A DNA stretch of 64,000 nucleotides from Vicugna vicugna (Eukaryota). The position numbers and the translations under genes are program-made. Where the stretch lies: NCBI GenBank assembly GCA_013265495.1, contig MU058781.1:6290522-6354521 (forward strand), written 5' to 3'. This document shows positions 14,685 to 26,853 of this stretch, in pieces. A model generated the notes under the pieces. That model did not search any database. It saw only the letters and a list, made by a program, of their open reading frames with translations, and was not told the DNA's origin. Numbering within the stretch: the first letter of the stretch is position 1; each line of letters opens with the position of its first letter.

Positions 14685-16020
14685 TTAATTCTAAGTTTTC
14701 TTCTAAGAGTTTCATATTTTTACCTCTATACTTAGGGCTCTGATCAAATTTCAATTAATGTTTGCATATGTATGAGATTAAAATCCAACTTTTGTTTTTG
14801 CATGTGGATATATAACTTTCTCAGCACTTTTGTTGAAAAGATTTCTTTTCCCATTTAGTTTCCCAGAAAATTTTTTGGCACACTTGTGAAAATCAGTTGA
14901 CTATAAATGTATGGTCTTACTTCTGGACTCTGGTTTTTTTTATTCTATGGATCTATATATCTCACTTTATGCTAGCACCACCCTGTCTTGATTACTACAG
15001 TATTGTCCTAAGTTTTGAAATCAGGAATTCTGAGCCCTCCTAATTTGTTTTCTTTTTCAAGATTGTTTTGGCTATTCTGGGTCTTTTGTAATTCTATGTG
15101 AATTTTAGAATCAGTTTGCCAATTTCTGCAAAGAAAAGTATCTGGGATTTTGAAAGTGATGCATTGAATCTTTAAGATTGGTTTCAAAAGTTGCAATTTT
15201 AATGTTAAGTCTTCTAATTCATGAACATAGGATGTCTTCCCATTTAGTAAGTCTCCTCTAATTTCCTTCAATGATGCTTTGTAGTTTTCAATTTACAACT
15301 CTTGTTTTTGTTTTGTTAAATGTATTCATGAGTATTTTATTTTTAACACTACTGAAAATGGAATTGTTTTCTTAATTTTATTTTTGGATTGTTCATTGCA
15401 AGTGCACAGAGACACAATTGATTTTGTATTGTATTTGTACTGTACTGCAATTGGTTTTGGCTTTTGACAATTTGACTATAAAATGTGTGTAGGTGTGGGT
15501 CTCATTGAGTTTTCCTACTTGGACTTTACTGAGCTACTGTGATGTGTAGATTATTTTTCATCAAATTTAGGAAGTTTCAACCATTATCTTTTTTAAATAT
15601 TCTTTCTGTTCTTTTCTTTCTCTCTTCCTTCTGGGACTCCCATTACAAATTTATTTGTAAATTTGTGATGTCCACGGGTCTCTGAGTCTATGTTCATTTT
15701 TCCCATTTCACTATTCCTTCTCAGTTTCCCAGACTGGATAATCTCAATTCTGTCCCCAAGTTCACTGATTCTTTCTTCTGACAGCTCAGATCTGCTGCTG
15801 AGCCCCTTAGAAAAATTTTCATTTCAGCTGTACTTTTCAAACCCAGGATTTCTAATTGATGCTTTTTAATAATTTCTATCTTTTTATTGATAATCTCTAT
15901 TTGGTGACACATCATTCTAGCATTTTCCTTCATTATTTTTTAAGATATGACTTCTTTTAGTTCTTTATATGTATTTATAATTCCTGATTTGAAGTCTTTG
16001 TCTAGTAAGTCCAACTTGTG
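14685..16020 (-). mobile_element. Old LINE-1 fragments (ORF2 part about 14.7-15.4 kb; ORF1 part about 15.45-16.0 kb)
   Basis: ORF 15008-15271(-) ends …LEKENKLGGLRIPDFKT (ORF2-like); ORF 15721-15933(-) contains EIIKKHQLEILGLK (ORF1 coiled-coil-like). Confidence 0.75.
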
Positions 16021-18211
16021 GGCTTTCTCAGGGATAGCCTAGTTAATATTAATAAAAAAGTGGCAGAGAATTTGGGATCCAGCTTTACATCATACACACC
16101 AATCACTTTTCAGAAAATTTCTTCTCTACCTTACAGCAATAAGAAATAAAATAGAGCAATTCATCTTTTTAACCCATCTTGTCTATGGATCAAGGATTTG
16201 AAGAGAATTCTGGAAATCTTTAACTAATGTATTTTGGTATTTAGAGAGCTTTGTGATAGAGAGCATCCAGGATAGTTCCAGGAAAATAGAGGTGGATTTC
16301 GGTTTTCTAACATTAAAAAAAAAATCTCCAACCCTGCAATATTTGCCTATCACAAATATTTTATTCTTCCCAAACTTACCAACATGGCTAAGGTAATGAC
16401 ACCTAATATAACAGGGGAAAAAATATATGTATGTGTGTGTGTATATATATATATGTATATATACACAAAGAAGCATATTTTCAAGAAAAGGTAAATATTT
16501 AATGCCTATATATATGTGTATATATATATATACACACTTTTTGGATCTAGGCTAATTTATTGTGATACATAGTACTATATTTATTATAAAGTACAAGGCA
16601 TCCTAATAAAATGTTTGTTTGCTTTTTTCATGTAAAGTTACTTGTTGCTCTTTTTTTCTAAGAAAAAAATAGTGACAGCTTTTCACCCATAAGTATGCAA
16701 GAAAAAGAAAAGGTAAGTTGAAATTGGAAGAAAAATATGATTAGAAAAAAAATCTGTTTTTAAAACTATGAGGGAAAATATTTTATAAACGTCTTCCTGG
16801 GATTTGAAAAATAACCAACTGTGCAATGAGTTCCTTAAGTAACTTTTACATCAATGACTTATCTTTTGAATTGTCCTTCTAAGTTCAAAGAAAACTGCTT
16901 TAATTGTGATATCCTATATTGAGATAGATTCTCAGTACAAGTTGAAAATGACATAGTTCCATATACAAATGGGGCTGAGTACTTTCATGCAGGGTGATAT
17001 AAATAGAAACAGAATAGATAAGCCAAAATAAATTATTTTTATAAATTGTTTGGGCTGTTGCACTGTGTTCTTGTGGGTATAATTAGATGAATTGCTTTGC
17101 TTTGTAAACAGAGATATCTTAACCATAATTACACATATATACATGCATTTTAATTGTTATCTTTATTTTCATTGTTTGTGATTTAAAACATAGTACAGCA
17201 AGGTTTATTTGCACAAGATCCCCTCAGAATCACTGCCAGAATGTGACAGAAATCCTCAGTGTTTGACTCTTCGCTGTGTTTTTTAGCAAGTTCACTGGCA
17301 CTAGTCTCTGGGGCAGAGCCTGATACGAGTATAAAGACAGACTTCATGCCTTCCTTAATTGGCACTCCTGCACTCCATCACCTGGTCACTATGCCATCTC
17401 TTCCATTTCTCCCTTCTAGGCTCCAAATGTCTTGAGTTTCCTCTCACAACGAGGACTTAGACCAGTGATGATGCAGAAATATTGCTGGGTGAGGAAAGAT
17501 CAATATTCAGATGTCAGAGAAAACATCTGAAATGATGTTTTCAGGCCCAGAAAGTTTCACCTAGAAAGAGAAAGCCAAGCCATTGTAAAGCACTATGTTC
17601 CTCTGGAAAAACAAAAACACATGTCTAGAAACAGATATATCCCCACTTTCCTGTCCCTTCCCTGTCCCGCGTAGACAGAACAGGAGGATGTATGTGGCTT
17701 TGCCCAACCCTTCTGGCTCCTCCTTCCCATGTTCTTATTAAAAACTCACATATGTCCACCGAAGCAAAGGTTGCAAGTGCTTATAACAGTAAGCATAAAA
17801 CTTCTGTGCTTAGAGGTCAAGAACCACATTTGCAGAAAACAAATCTACATATCTATGAAGAAAGGAGAAAGAATTCTGAGGCAGTGAAGATTTACACTTT
17901 AAGCTAACGGATCTCTTGAAAGACATATTTGTATTGTAATTTTATCTCTTTACGTTGATTTTAGTTCATTTACACTGCTTTTGAGCACTGTCATTAATAC
18001 AAATATGTTCTAGGCTAAACATTGAGATAGTTTAAACAATTTTATACAAGTTGCCCAGAAATTGATGGGTAAGGATGCAGATGTGGAAGCTGACTTTGAG
18101 GGACCCTTGACTTTTTTTTTATTGCTTCTGTATTTCAAAATCTGATCATTAAAATTGATCATTGCTTTGTCTTTTGCTTAAGGCAAAAATTTAGCATGAA
18201 GAAGATATTTA

Positions 18212-19586
18212 TTCCCACACATCTGTTGTCAATTGATCTTCCACAAAGGAGGCAAGAATATACAATGGAGAAAAGACAGTCTCTTCAGCAAGTCATGTTG
18301 GGAAAGCTGGACAGCTGCGTGTAAATCAATGAAGTTAGAACACGCCCTCACACCATACGCAAAAATAAACTCAAAATGGCTTGAAGACGCAAACATAAGA
18401 CAGGACACCATAAACACCTTAGAAGAGAACACAGGCAAAACATTTTCTGACATAAATCTTAGCAATGTTTTCCTAAGGCAGTTTACCAAAGCAATAGAAA
18501 TAAATGCAAAGATAAACAAGTAGGACCTAATTAAACTTACAAGCTTTTGCACAGCAAAGGAAACCATAAACAAAATAAAAAGATAACCTACGGACTGGGA
18601 AAAAAATATTTGCAAATGATGTGACTGGCAAGGGTTTAAATTCCAGAATATACAAACAGCACATACAACTCAATAACAACAACAAAAATCAACCCAATCA
18701 AAAAATGAGCAGAAGACCTAAACAGACGTTTCTCCAATGAAGAAACACAGATGGTCAATATTGATAATTACCAGAGAAGTGCAAATCAAAACTACAATGA
18801 GGTATCACCCCACACCAGCCAGAAAGACCATCATTAAAAAGTCCACAAATGATAAATGCTGGAGAGGGTGTGGAGAAAACGGAACCCTCCTACACTGTTG
18901 ATGGGAATGTAGTTTGGTGCAGCCGTTATGGAAAACAGTATAGACGTTCCTTAGAAAACTAAAAATAGGGTTACCATAAGATCCAGCAATCCCACTCCTG
19001 GGCATATATCTGGAAAAAGCAAAAACTCTAATTTGAAAAGATACGTGCACCCCAGTATTCATAGCAGCACTATTTACAATGCCAAGACATGGAAGCAACC
19101 TAAATGTCCACTGACAGATGATTGGATAAAGAAGTTGTGGTGCATATATCTATACAATTCCATAAAAAAGAATGGAATAATGCCATTTGCAGCAACATGG
19201 ATGAACCTGGAGATTATCATACTAAGTGAAGTAAGACAGAGAAAGACAAATGTTATATGATATCACTTATATGTGGAACCTAAAAAAAATGGCAGAAATG
19301 AAGTTATTTGCAAAACAGTAACAGATTCACAGGCATAGAAAACAAACTACGGTTACCGAAGGGAAAAGTAGGGGAAGGATAAATGAGGAGTTTGGGATTA
19401 GCTGATACAAACTACTATATACAAAGAAGATAAGCAACAAGGACCTACTGTATAGCACAGGGAACTCTATTCAATAGCTTGTAATAACCTATAATGAAAA
19501 ATACATAAATGTATAACTGAATCACTATGCTGTATACCAGAAACTAACATAACATTGTACAACAACAATATTAAAAAAAAAAAAAA
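18212..19586 (+). mobile_element. 5'-truncated LINE-1 (ORF2 C-terminus with stops and frameshifts, 3' UTR, poly-A)
   Basis: Translations [25 protein letters not shown]… and [20 protein letters not shown]…[18 protein letters not shown]; poly-A at about 19573-19586; no TSD found. Confidence 0.92.
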
Positions 19587-19599
19587 GAGTAGCCCTGCT

Positions 19600-20020
19600 T
19601 ACCATCACCCCCAGAGACTCTCTGGCAAGTCTGTGCTTCCTGCCCCTGTAACTCTCAGCTCTGTGAGTATAGAGGTCCTGCTTCCAAAAAAACAACTCCT
19701 AAGCCAGGAAATACAAGTCACATAGAACTATACAAGCCACAGTTGCCACCTGGGCACTTCAGACTCCTTATGTCCAGGGACGAGCAGACAAGAAGAGGAG
19801 TAACCCTCCTGACGTGGGTAATTGACCACAGCCATCAGGAGGGGAAAAAAGCTGCTTTGTAATACAGAGGCAGTAAGTTTGGTACTCGCGTGATCCATCT
19901 GGATTCCTCTTGATTCTCCCCTGCCCTATTTTGACAACAGATGGACAAGTGCAGCAGCCACATCATGAGAGGGGCATGGTGATGGGGGCTCAACCCCTAG
20001 GGGTGAAGGCTTTGATCATA
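19600..20020 (+). mobile_element. ERV-L internal fragment with a decayed dUTPase-like segment
   Basis: About 19746-19841 translates PPGHFRLLMSRDEQTRRGVTLLTWVIDHSHQE, resembling ERV-L dUTPase motifs (GHFGLL…GVTVLAGVIDPDYQ). Confidence 0.7.
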
Positions 20021-20023
20021 CAT

Positions 20024-20402
20024 TGTGATGGTTAATTTTATGTGTCAACTTGACTAAGCTCAATGGTCTCAATGTTGCTGTGAAGATATTTTGTTGATGT
20101 GCTTAAACATTTACAATCAGTTGACTTTAAGTAAAGGAGATTATTCTCAATAATATGAGAGGACCTCCTCCAATCAGTTGAAAAGTTTTAAGAGCGAAAC
20201 CCGAGGTTTCCTGGAGAAGAAGGAATTCTGCTTCAACACGGTAAGCCAGAAGTCCTGCCTGAGTTTCCAGCCTGCTGGCCTGCCCTACAGATTTCAGACT
20301 TGCACCAGCCAATTCCTTAAATGTCAACCTCTCTTTCTCTCTCTCCATATGTATATAATTTTTTATGTATCCTACTGGTTCTGTTTCTCTGGAGAGCTCT
20401 AA
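20024..20402 (+). mobile_element. MLT2-type (ERVL) LTR
   Basis: Starts tgtgatggttaattttatgtgtcaacttgact; ends cctactggttctgtttctctggagagctcta. Confidence 0.85.
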
Positions 20403-20737
20403 GCAAACCACCAAGACGGCAGCATGATAGCTGGGACTGAGTGGAATCTAGATCAGTGTAGAAGGTGAAGATAAGGATTTGATGTACCCTGAGACCCTCT
20501 GGAGCTGTGGAGGCTGTAGCTCATCATGCTAACTTTCCACTTCTAAGTTCTTGCAAGCTTAATCTTGCTTCCTTTAATTACTGAGAAAGAAGCGTTAACA
20601 TCTCCAAATGTGACTGTGAATTGAGCAAAAGAAGTCAATCACAAAAGACTAAATATATACCCTATATTTTCATTTTTGTGAAAGTCCAGAATAAGCAAAG
20701 TTAAACCTTAGTAACAGAAGTAAGAATTGTAGTTATT

Positions 20738-20739
<2 letters not shown>

Positions 20740-20779
<40 letters not shown>

Positions 20780-20786
20780 TGTGTGT
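20740..20786. repeat. (TG)n microsatellite
   Basis: Direct reading, one interruption. Confidence 0.95.
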
Positions 20787-21439
20787 AAGGGGGTGGTCAC
20801 TGATTGGGAAAGGGATGGGAAACTCTTGAGTTGATAAAAATGTTCTGCATCTTGATCTAGGTCATGGTTACATGTGGTACATAATGTGTATGTTTAGATT
20901 TGAGCAATTGAGTATACCTAAGTTATTTCTTAATTTAACAAATTTTTCTCAAAGGTAAAATAGAGTTCATCTGAATCCCCGTTGAGTCCTTTGCTAAATA
21001 TGTGAACTTTTGGAAGCCATTTCCTTCTAGACCTCAGCTTTCTTAACTCCAGAATGAGGGATTGGACTGGAAGATCTGAATTACATGGAATGGATCTGTC
21101 AGAACAGCTCTTTGTGTTCTTAAAAATTGAAGGAAAAAAGACAAAAACCCTATTTAAAAAAAAAAGATAGTTCTCAAAAACAAATGGTCCACAGACACAT
21201 AGAAAAAAATTTAGTGACAAGAAAATATTTTTATCTCAGAAAAAGCATATATTTTCAAAATTAAATGCTAATATTCAGTGTTGTTTTGCTATTGTTTCCA
21301 AAGCATTTACTCTATGATTTCTTCTTCCCAAAAGAACCCAGAATCTCACAACCATGGGGTTCGGCAGGGCTCCTTAGTTCTGGGCCATCATGGGTCTGAG
21401 CAAATCAATGTCATCTATCCTTGTGCCTTAGGGGTGTGC

Positions 21440-21902
21440 CCCATGATGGGAAAACAGAATGGAACCCTAACCCAAGAAAATCAGCAAGTCACATTCCTTG
21501 GTCTCTAAGATTGGTTCAAAGGCGAGCTTGCAACCTAAGATGACACAACCAAAAGGAAGATTGGACTTTGGTCTGATAATCGGGCAAAAAGAAGTCCTGT
21601 TTTCCCCTTCATGTGACCAAGGAGGCTCATGGCCCTGGTGGCTGCTGGCAGTGAACTTGCTACCTTGAAGGCATCGGCTAAAGAGCAAAGCCAACCAGCA
21701 GAGGAGGGCGAAGGCAGGAGTTTCTTAGTCAATGCTGTCACAGTCTTGGTGACTACATGATCCTTGGGGTCAAAGCACACCTGAAGCCTGCCCTGCCTCT
21801 GGACTTTTCAACTATAGGGACAAAAAGTTCCTTTTTTATTACTTGAGTCAACGTGAGTTAGGATTTTTTTTACTTGCAAACAAAATTATTCTATCTTATA
21901 CA
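21440..21902 (+). mobile_element. Old MaLR LTR (MLT1 type)
   Basis: 3' end cctgaagcctgccctgcctctggacttttca…tacttgcaaacaaaa…taca. Confidence 0.55.
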
Positions 21903-24900
21903 GCAATGTCAATGAGGATTCTGGAAACCTGACATTAATATGCTCCCGGTAGAAGTAAAATCTCTACTACTTTTTGAAGGGCAATTTGGCAATATGTATC
22001 AAAAGATCTAAATACGGGCATAACCTTCAACCTAATAAATTGTAAGAATGTATTCATTCATTCAACAAATATTTAAGCACTTCTTTAGTCTTGTTCTAGG
22101 AGTCAGGGGGTTCAGCCATGGACAAAGCAAAGTCCCTTATGGAACCAGCCTTCAGAAGTAATCAAGAATATGTAAAAAGATTTATCTGTAAGGAATTAAT
22201 TAATTAATTAATTAATTTCAGAGTTGTTCATAATAGGGAACAATTGGAAACAATAAAAAAGCCCAACAAAAGGGGATTGCTTAAATCAATCTGGGGGCAC
22301 TGACATGACAAAATGCTCTTTAGGCATTGAAAATGAACTGTAGCAACTAATGACAAGGAAAAAATATTCACTAGGTGAAAAAAGCTGATAGTAAAACAGT
22401 GCAGAGGATGACTCGTTTGTACACTTACAAGTGAATATTTATGTGCAAGAAACACTCAATATTAGATACTCAAAAATATTACGTTATTCTGAGTAGAACT
22501 GTGGGTAATCTTGATTTTCTTCTTTGTACGTCTTTATGCTTTGTCCTAATTTTCTGTCATAAAGATGCCTTTCCTTTGTTAGTAGAGAAAATATCAATCT
22601 TACGAAATAATCTCAAGTAGCTTACATTAAAAAAGTAACTAAATAACACTTGAGTGCCAACATTGGGCTGTCTCAGAAATCCATGGTGACTTCTAACCAT
22701 CTGTCAATAAAGGGTCAGACTAGCATCCTCCAGTCTACGGTGGGCCTGTTCAGAGAGGACAGTCATTAAGTTCTTCTAACCCCATTCGTACTTTTTAATG
22801 GAGTAAGCCAAACAAGGCTTTGGAGCTGGTTAAGACTGCTTGGACCGGGCCCTCGGTCTCCTGTCTTGGGATCCAGGGTTATTTCCACCACACTGTGTCC
22901 TCTGCCTCCCAGCAACATCATTAGAATGAATCTGTCATCAGGAGAAAGTCATTCAATACATTTGGAGAGACCATCAGCTCCTTAAAATAACTTGGCAGCT
23001 CCAACGCTCACTGTTTAAAGACTTGAAACCAAAGTACACCCTGAATTCAAAATGCAAAGAAACACATAGTGGGTTGAAAATATTTGCATTCTCTTCCTTC
23101 CCCTTCAGATTTATATAACAGAATTTAAAGTATGAGTACCCTTAAGCCACTTCTACAGGGCAGAACGGAAACTGTCAGAAGGGCGAGGTTGGCAGTGAGC
23201 TTTCTTGTCCCTCCCTCTCTTTCCGTTTCACCCCCCTCATCCTCCAAAGTGACCCTATTCTGCTATTTTCTGGATGTTTGATGTAAAAGAGGCATTATGA
23301 TTTTCATGATTAAATAACAGTTACAAATTTCCATTTCGTTTTACTTACCAGCTTAGATGTAGTTTAATGCAGCATGAATAGAATTCTGCCAGAGGTGGAT
23401 CTGAGCTGAACTGACTAGCTTTCTGACTGCCAACTCTTCTGCACACTAAAATAGCAGCTTAACCTATTACACACATTTGTTATCTGTTACTAGGAGAAAA
23501 TTACCAACCCACCCAGAGAAACAGAAATACATCTGATCATGGGACTTCTCCAAAGGGCAGAAAACCTGTTGGTTTTATATCAGAATGCTCACACAGACTC
23601 TCACAAGAAGGCAAATGTTTCCAAACAACCACAAAAGACTTCATGGAAGCCATACTTTTGTTTTCCAAATTAAAAAAACAAACAAACAAACAAAACTAAA
23701 TACTTTACAAGGGGTTAGTTCTAAAAATGTATTTTCTCTCATCAAGCTTACAAGTATACATCTTTAAGTGAGCAATTCTCTTTTTCCTTCAGTAAATATT
23801 TCTTCAGTGTTCATATGTGTAGAACCCTGAGGAGGACTTAATGGACCTGCAGGAGATCCCACAACATCTAAGAGGCCAACCCTGCCTGGAGGGGACTTAC
23901 TGACCAGAGCCACACTATCTCTGGGGCAGAGCAGGCACCTCTGGAATCGGGGTGATACTGTCCTCCCTTCCTGATATATCTTTTCTCAACATCCTTGATA
24001 AGCGTTGGGCCTAGAGTTGATTTCCGTGATTAATTTAAGAGGAAGAGGGTGGCGGTGGGGGGAAGAAATTAAATAAATGAATGTGAAACTTGTACATTTG
24101 GTTTTGGCCTTTAATAGGCGGATAAAGACTTTGAACAAAGTGGACAATAATTGATTGTAAGTAATAAAGTAATATCGATCTTGCCATGGAGTAGGAACCC
24201 AGGATTCCAGGCCGCCCGTATGTAGGAATTTGGATATGACGAGCTTGGAACCTATTTATAACTTTTAAAGTATTTTATGGCTCTTTCTTTCCCAAGAAGC
24301 ACACATCATCTTGCACCAGCTCTGTGAATATACAAGTGTTCTTCTCTGCCAAAAGCAGCGGAGAAAGCAGAAGGATTACCCGAAGGCTGTTTTCCAAACC
24401 TGAATTTGTAGCGGGTAATTATGCAGAAATATTTGGTACTTAATAACCTTGAAACTTTGAATTCAGAAAGATTTTATGCCCCCACGGCTACACGGTCTGA
24501 TGGCTCAGGTTCATAAATCCACCAAGAATGGGTCTGGCTGTTGTCACTGCACCCACCTTGGTGCAGATGTGAAACAAACCGGGTGTCAGTAATGCCTCAC
24601 CCTCGCACAGTACCTGCCTGTGGGGGGCGCTCGATGGTTTGTCACCCAGAACTGGGTATGTATTACCGCTTCTATTTAAATTGATTTGGAAAACAAGGTA
24701 TCTCCATTCCTCTTAAACTCTGTTTTCAGTGAATCACACACCACCAGATTATTAGGAATGCTTTCATTACCCTGGAATTCAATATCAGGCATATCCAGGT
24801 ACCATTTCGTACAAAATGAAGGAAGACTCAAAGCTATCAAATTATTATTGGATTGAAAGAATAAAGCACACCAGGTAGGGGTTACAGGGGGTGGGGGAAG

Positions 24901-26834
24901 GGTGGCTGCATTATTTTCTCTGGGACTGTGGTAGGGAAGCCTCTTATTTCCAGAAGCCAAGCTCTACGACACAGGTATCCCAAACTAGGATCAGAATTCC
25001 CTTGTAGATCTCACCATTTTACCTAGTGAGCATCTGAGCTGCTGGCACCCTCCTTCCCTGATGTTATCTCGTCCCCTCTGGATGGGCTCCCTGTCCAAGC
25101 AGGAAGAGAAGGGAGACAGCCAAAGTCACTCTGCTCTTTAAGGCTTCTCTGTAAGTGGCTTCCCCTCACAAAGAGGTTTTTCCTGAGCCTCATCTAAGTA
25201 CAGTAATTCTTAAGTGACACTGCAAAATGGATGTTGAATATTAAAGAACACGCCTCCTCTGTTTCAGGGCCTGCTTTGTTTTTCTAATTTTTAAAAATCA
25301 TCTTTCATAGGACCAGTACACAGAGTTCCTCTTAAACCTGTACTTTTACTTAAGCAATGAGGAGAGGGTGTTGTTTACAGCTTCACTTTCTGGCTCTCAT
25401 AGGTCTGCAAAATGGTTTTCTTCAATTGGATTTTAAAAGTATTTTCCAAAAAAAGTTTAGATTTCTTATTTCTCCATATCTGCCACTGGGAGTTCAAACT
25501 TAAAGAAACTGATGACCTCAAAAGGCCAACCTCATGCAGAAGTCAGCAGGAGGAAAAACTGAATTTAACATTTTGTACAAGAATATTTGCATTCCCATTA
25601 ACTTTTGCAAATGCAAAATATCTCATCCTTTCGGGCTGACTGCAATGGTGCCCTGGAAAGAGAAACAGAAGTATGTGCCCCTCTAATAGGTTAACATACT
25701 GAACTGCTTTAAAGGGAATAAATGTTGTGGCCTGGGGCAATTATTCTGTGGACTTCAGCGGACAGGCCGGGTGGAAATGACTTAAAAGCAAATTGTATGC
25801 CAACAGTGGTGGGTGAAGCATCCTGTTCACATTAAATATCTTCATCCAAACCTCAAATATGACCATGATTTTACAGCCTAATTGAATGTACTCTTGATAA
25901 AAAAGAAGTTGCAAAAAGCTGATATATAAAAATAAATATATATGGGCGGCACTAGAGTCTGCAGTTTCTACAAATGCTTTAAAGGTTTGCTGGTCAAAAC
26001 CAGTGGTTATGTAACAAGTCGATTTCCAAAATTACACCTTTTACAATTATTCCTGATAAAACAGTTGAGGTCGAGTCCCTAACGTTCCTACAATTCAAAC
26101 AGGAGATAGATTAATTCTTTGCCTAGGGAGAAAAAACAAGAGGATTTATGATGAGAAATCTCTACCAATTTTTCCAAATAGTTCGGGAGGAGTAAGTTAG
26201 GGTGGAAACACAAATTTGGTAACTGTGAGGTCAAGTACTAATTTATGGCCCTCTGAAATATAAGGCGGTGCCTGACAGACAGGTGTCTACGATTGCTTAG
26301 CTTGGCTGGGCGTTGAGCAATGAAAGCTAATGGTTCTCCCCAGCACACCCGAGGGTCAGACCTTTTTTTTTTTTTTTTCCTTCCTCCTGGCTCTCCCGCG
26401 CTGGTTGTCCCCAGCACTGGCTCCTTGGGGTCAAGGAAGGTTGGGGGCCTCCCTCTCGAGACCGGGGAGTATCCCACGCTGGTACCATTGGCCGAACTCG
26501 TCGGTCCTCCGCGCCCCGGAGGCAACTGGCCCCAGCGAACCGCCCCCAGGCCTCCGGGCCCCCAGCTCTTCAGTCCGGGTCGCCGGCCTTGTCACTGTGG
26601 CGGAGCGCAAAGAGCTCGCGTCGCCGTTTTGGAAAGCGACGCAGCTCCCTCCTCGGGCGCAGTCCCCGCGCCCCAGGTCCCGGCTGGGGCCGCACACTGA
26701 GTCCCTTGGACTTTGACGGGTTAGGGCAGGCGACGCCGAGGGCCAGGCCGCCTGCAGCCAGCCCCAGCCCTACCCCAGCGCCGGCTCCAGAGCCCGAGCC
26801 GGCCGCCCAGCGCCGCGCCGCGCGGGGAGAGAAG

Positions 26835-26853
26835 CAGCTGTTTCCAACAGCTG
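26835..26853. promoter_or_regulatory. Paired CAGCTG E-boxes (myogenic bHLH type)
   Basis: CAGCTGTT-TCC-AACAGCTG, a perfect 8-bp inverted repeat about 40 bp upstream of the CCAAT box. Confidence 0.6.
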
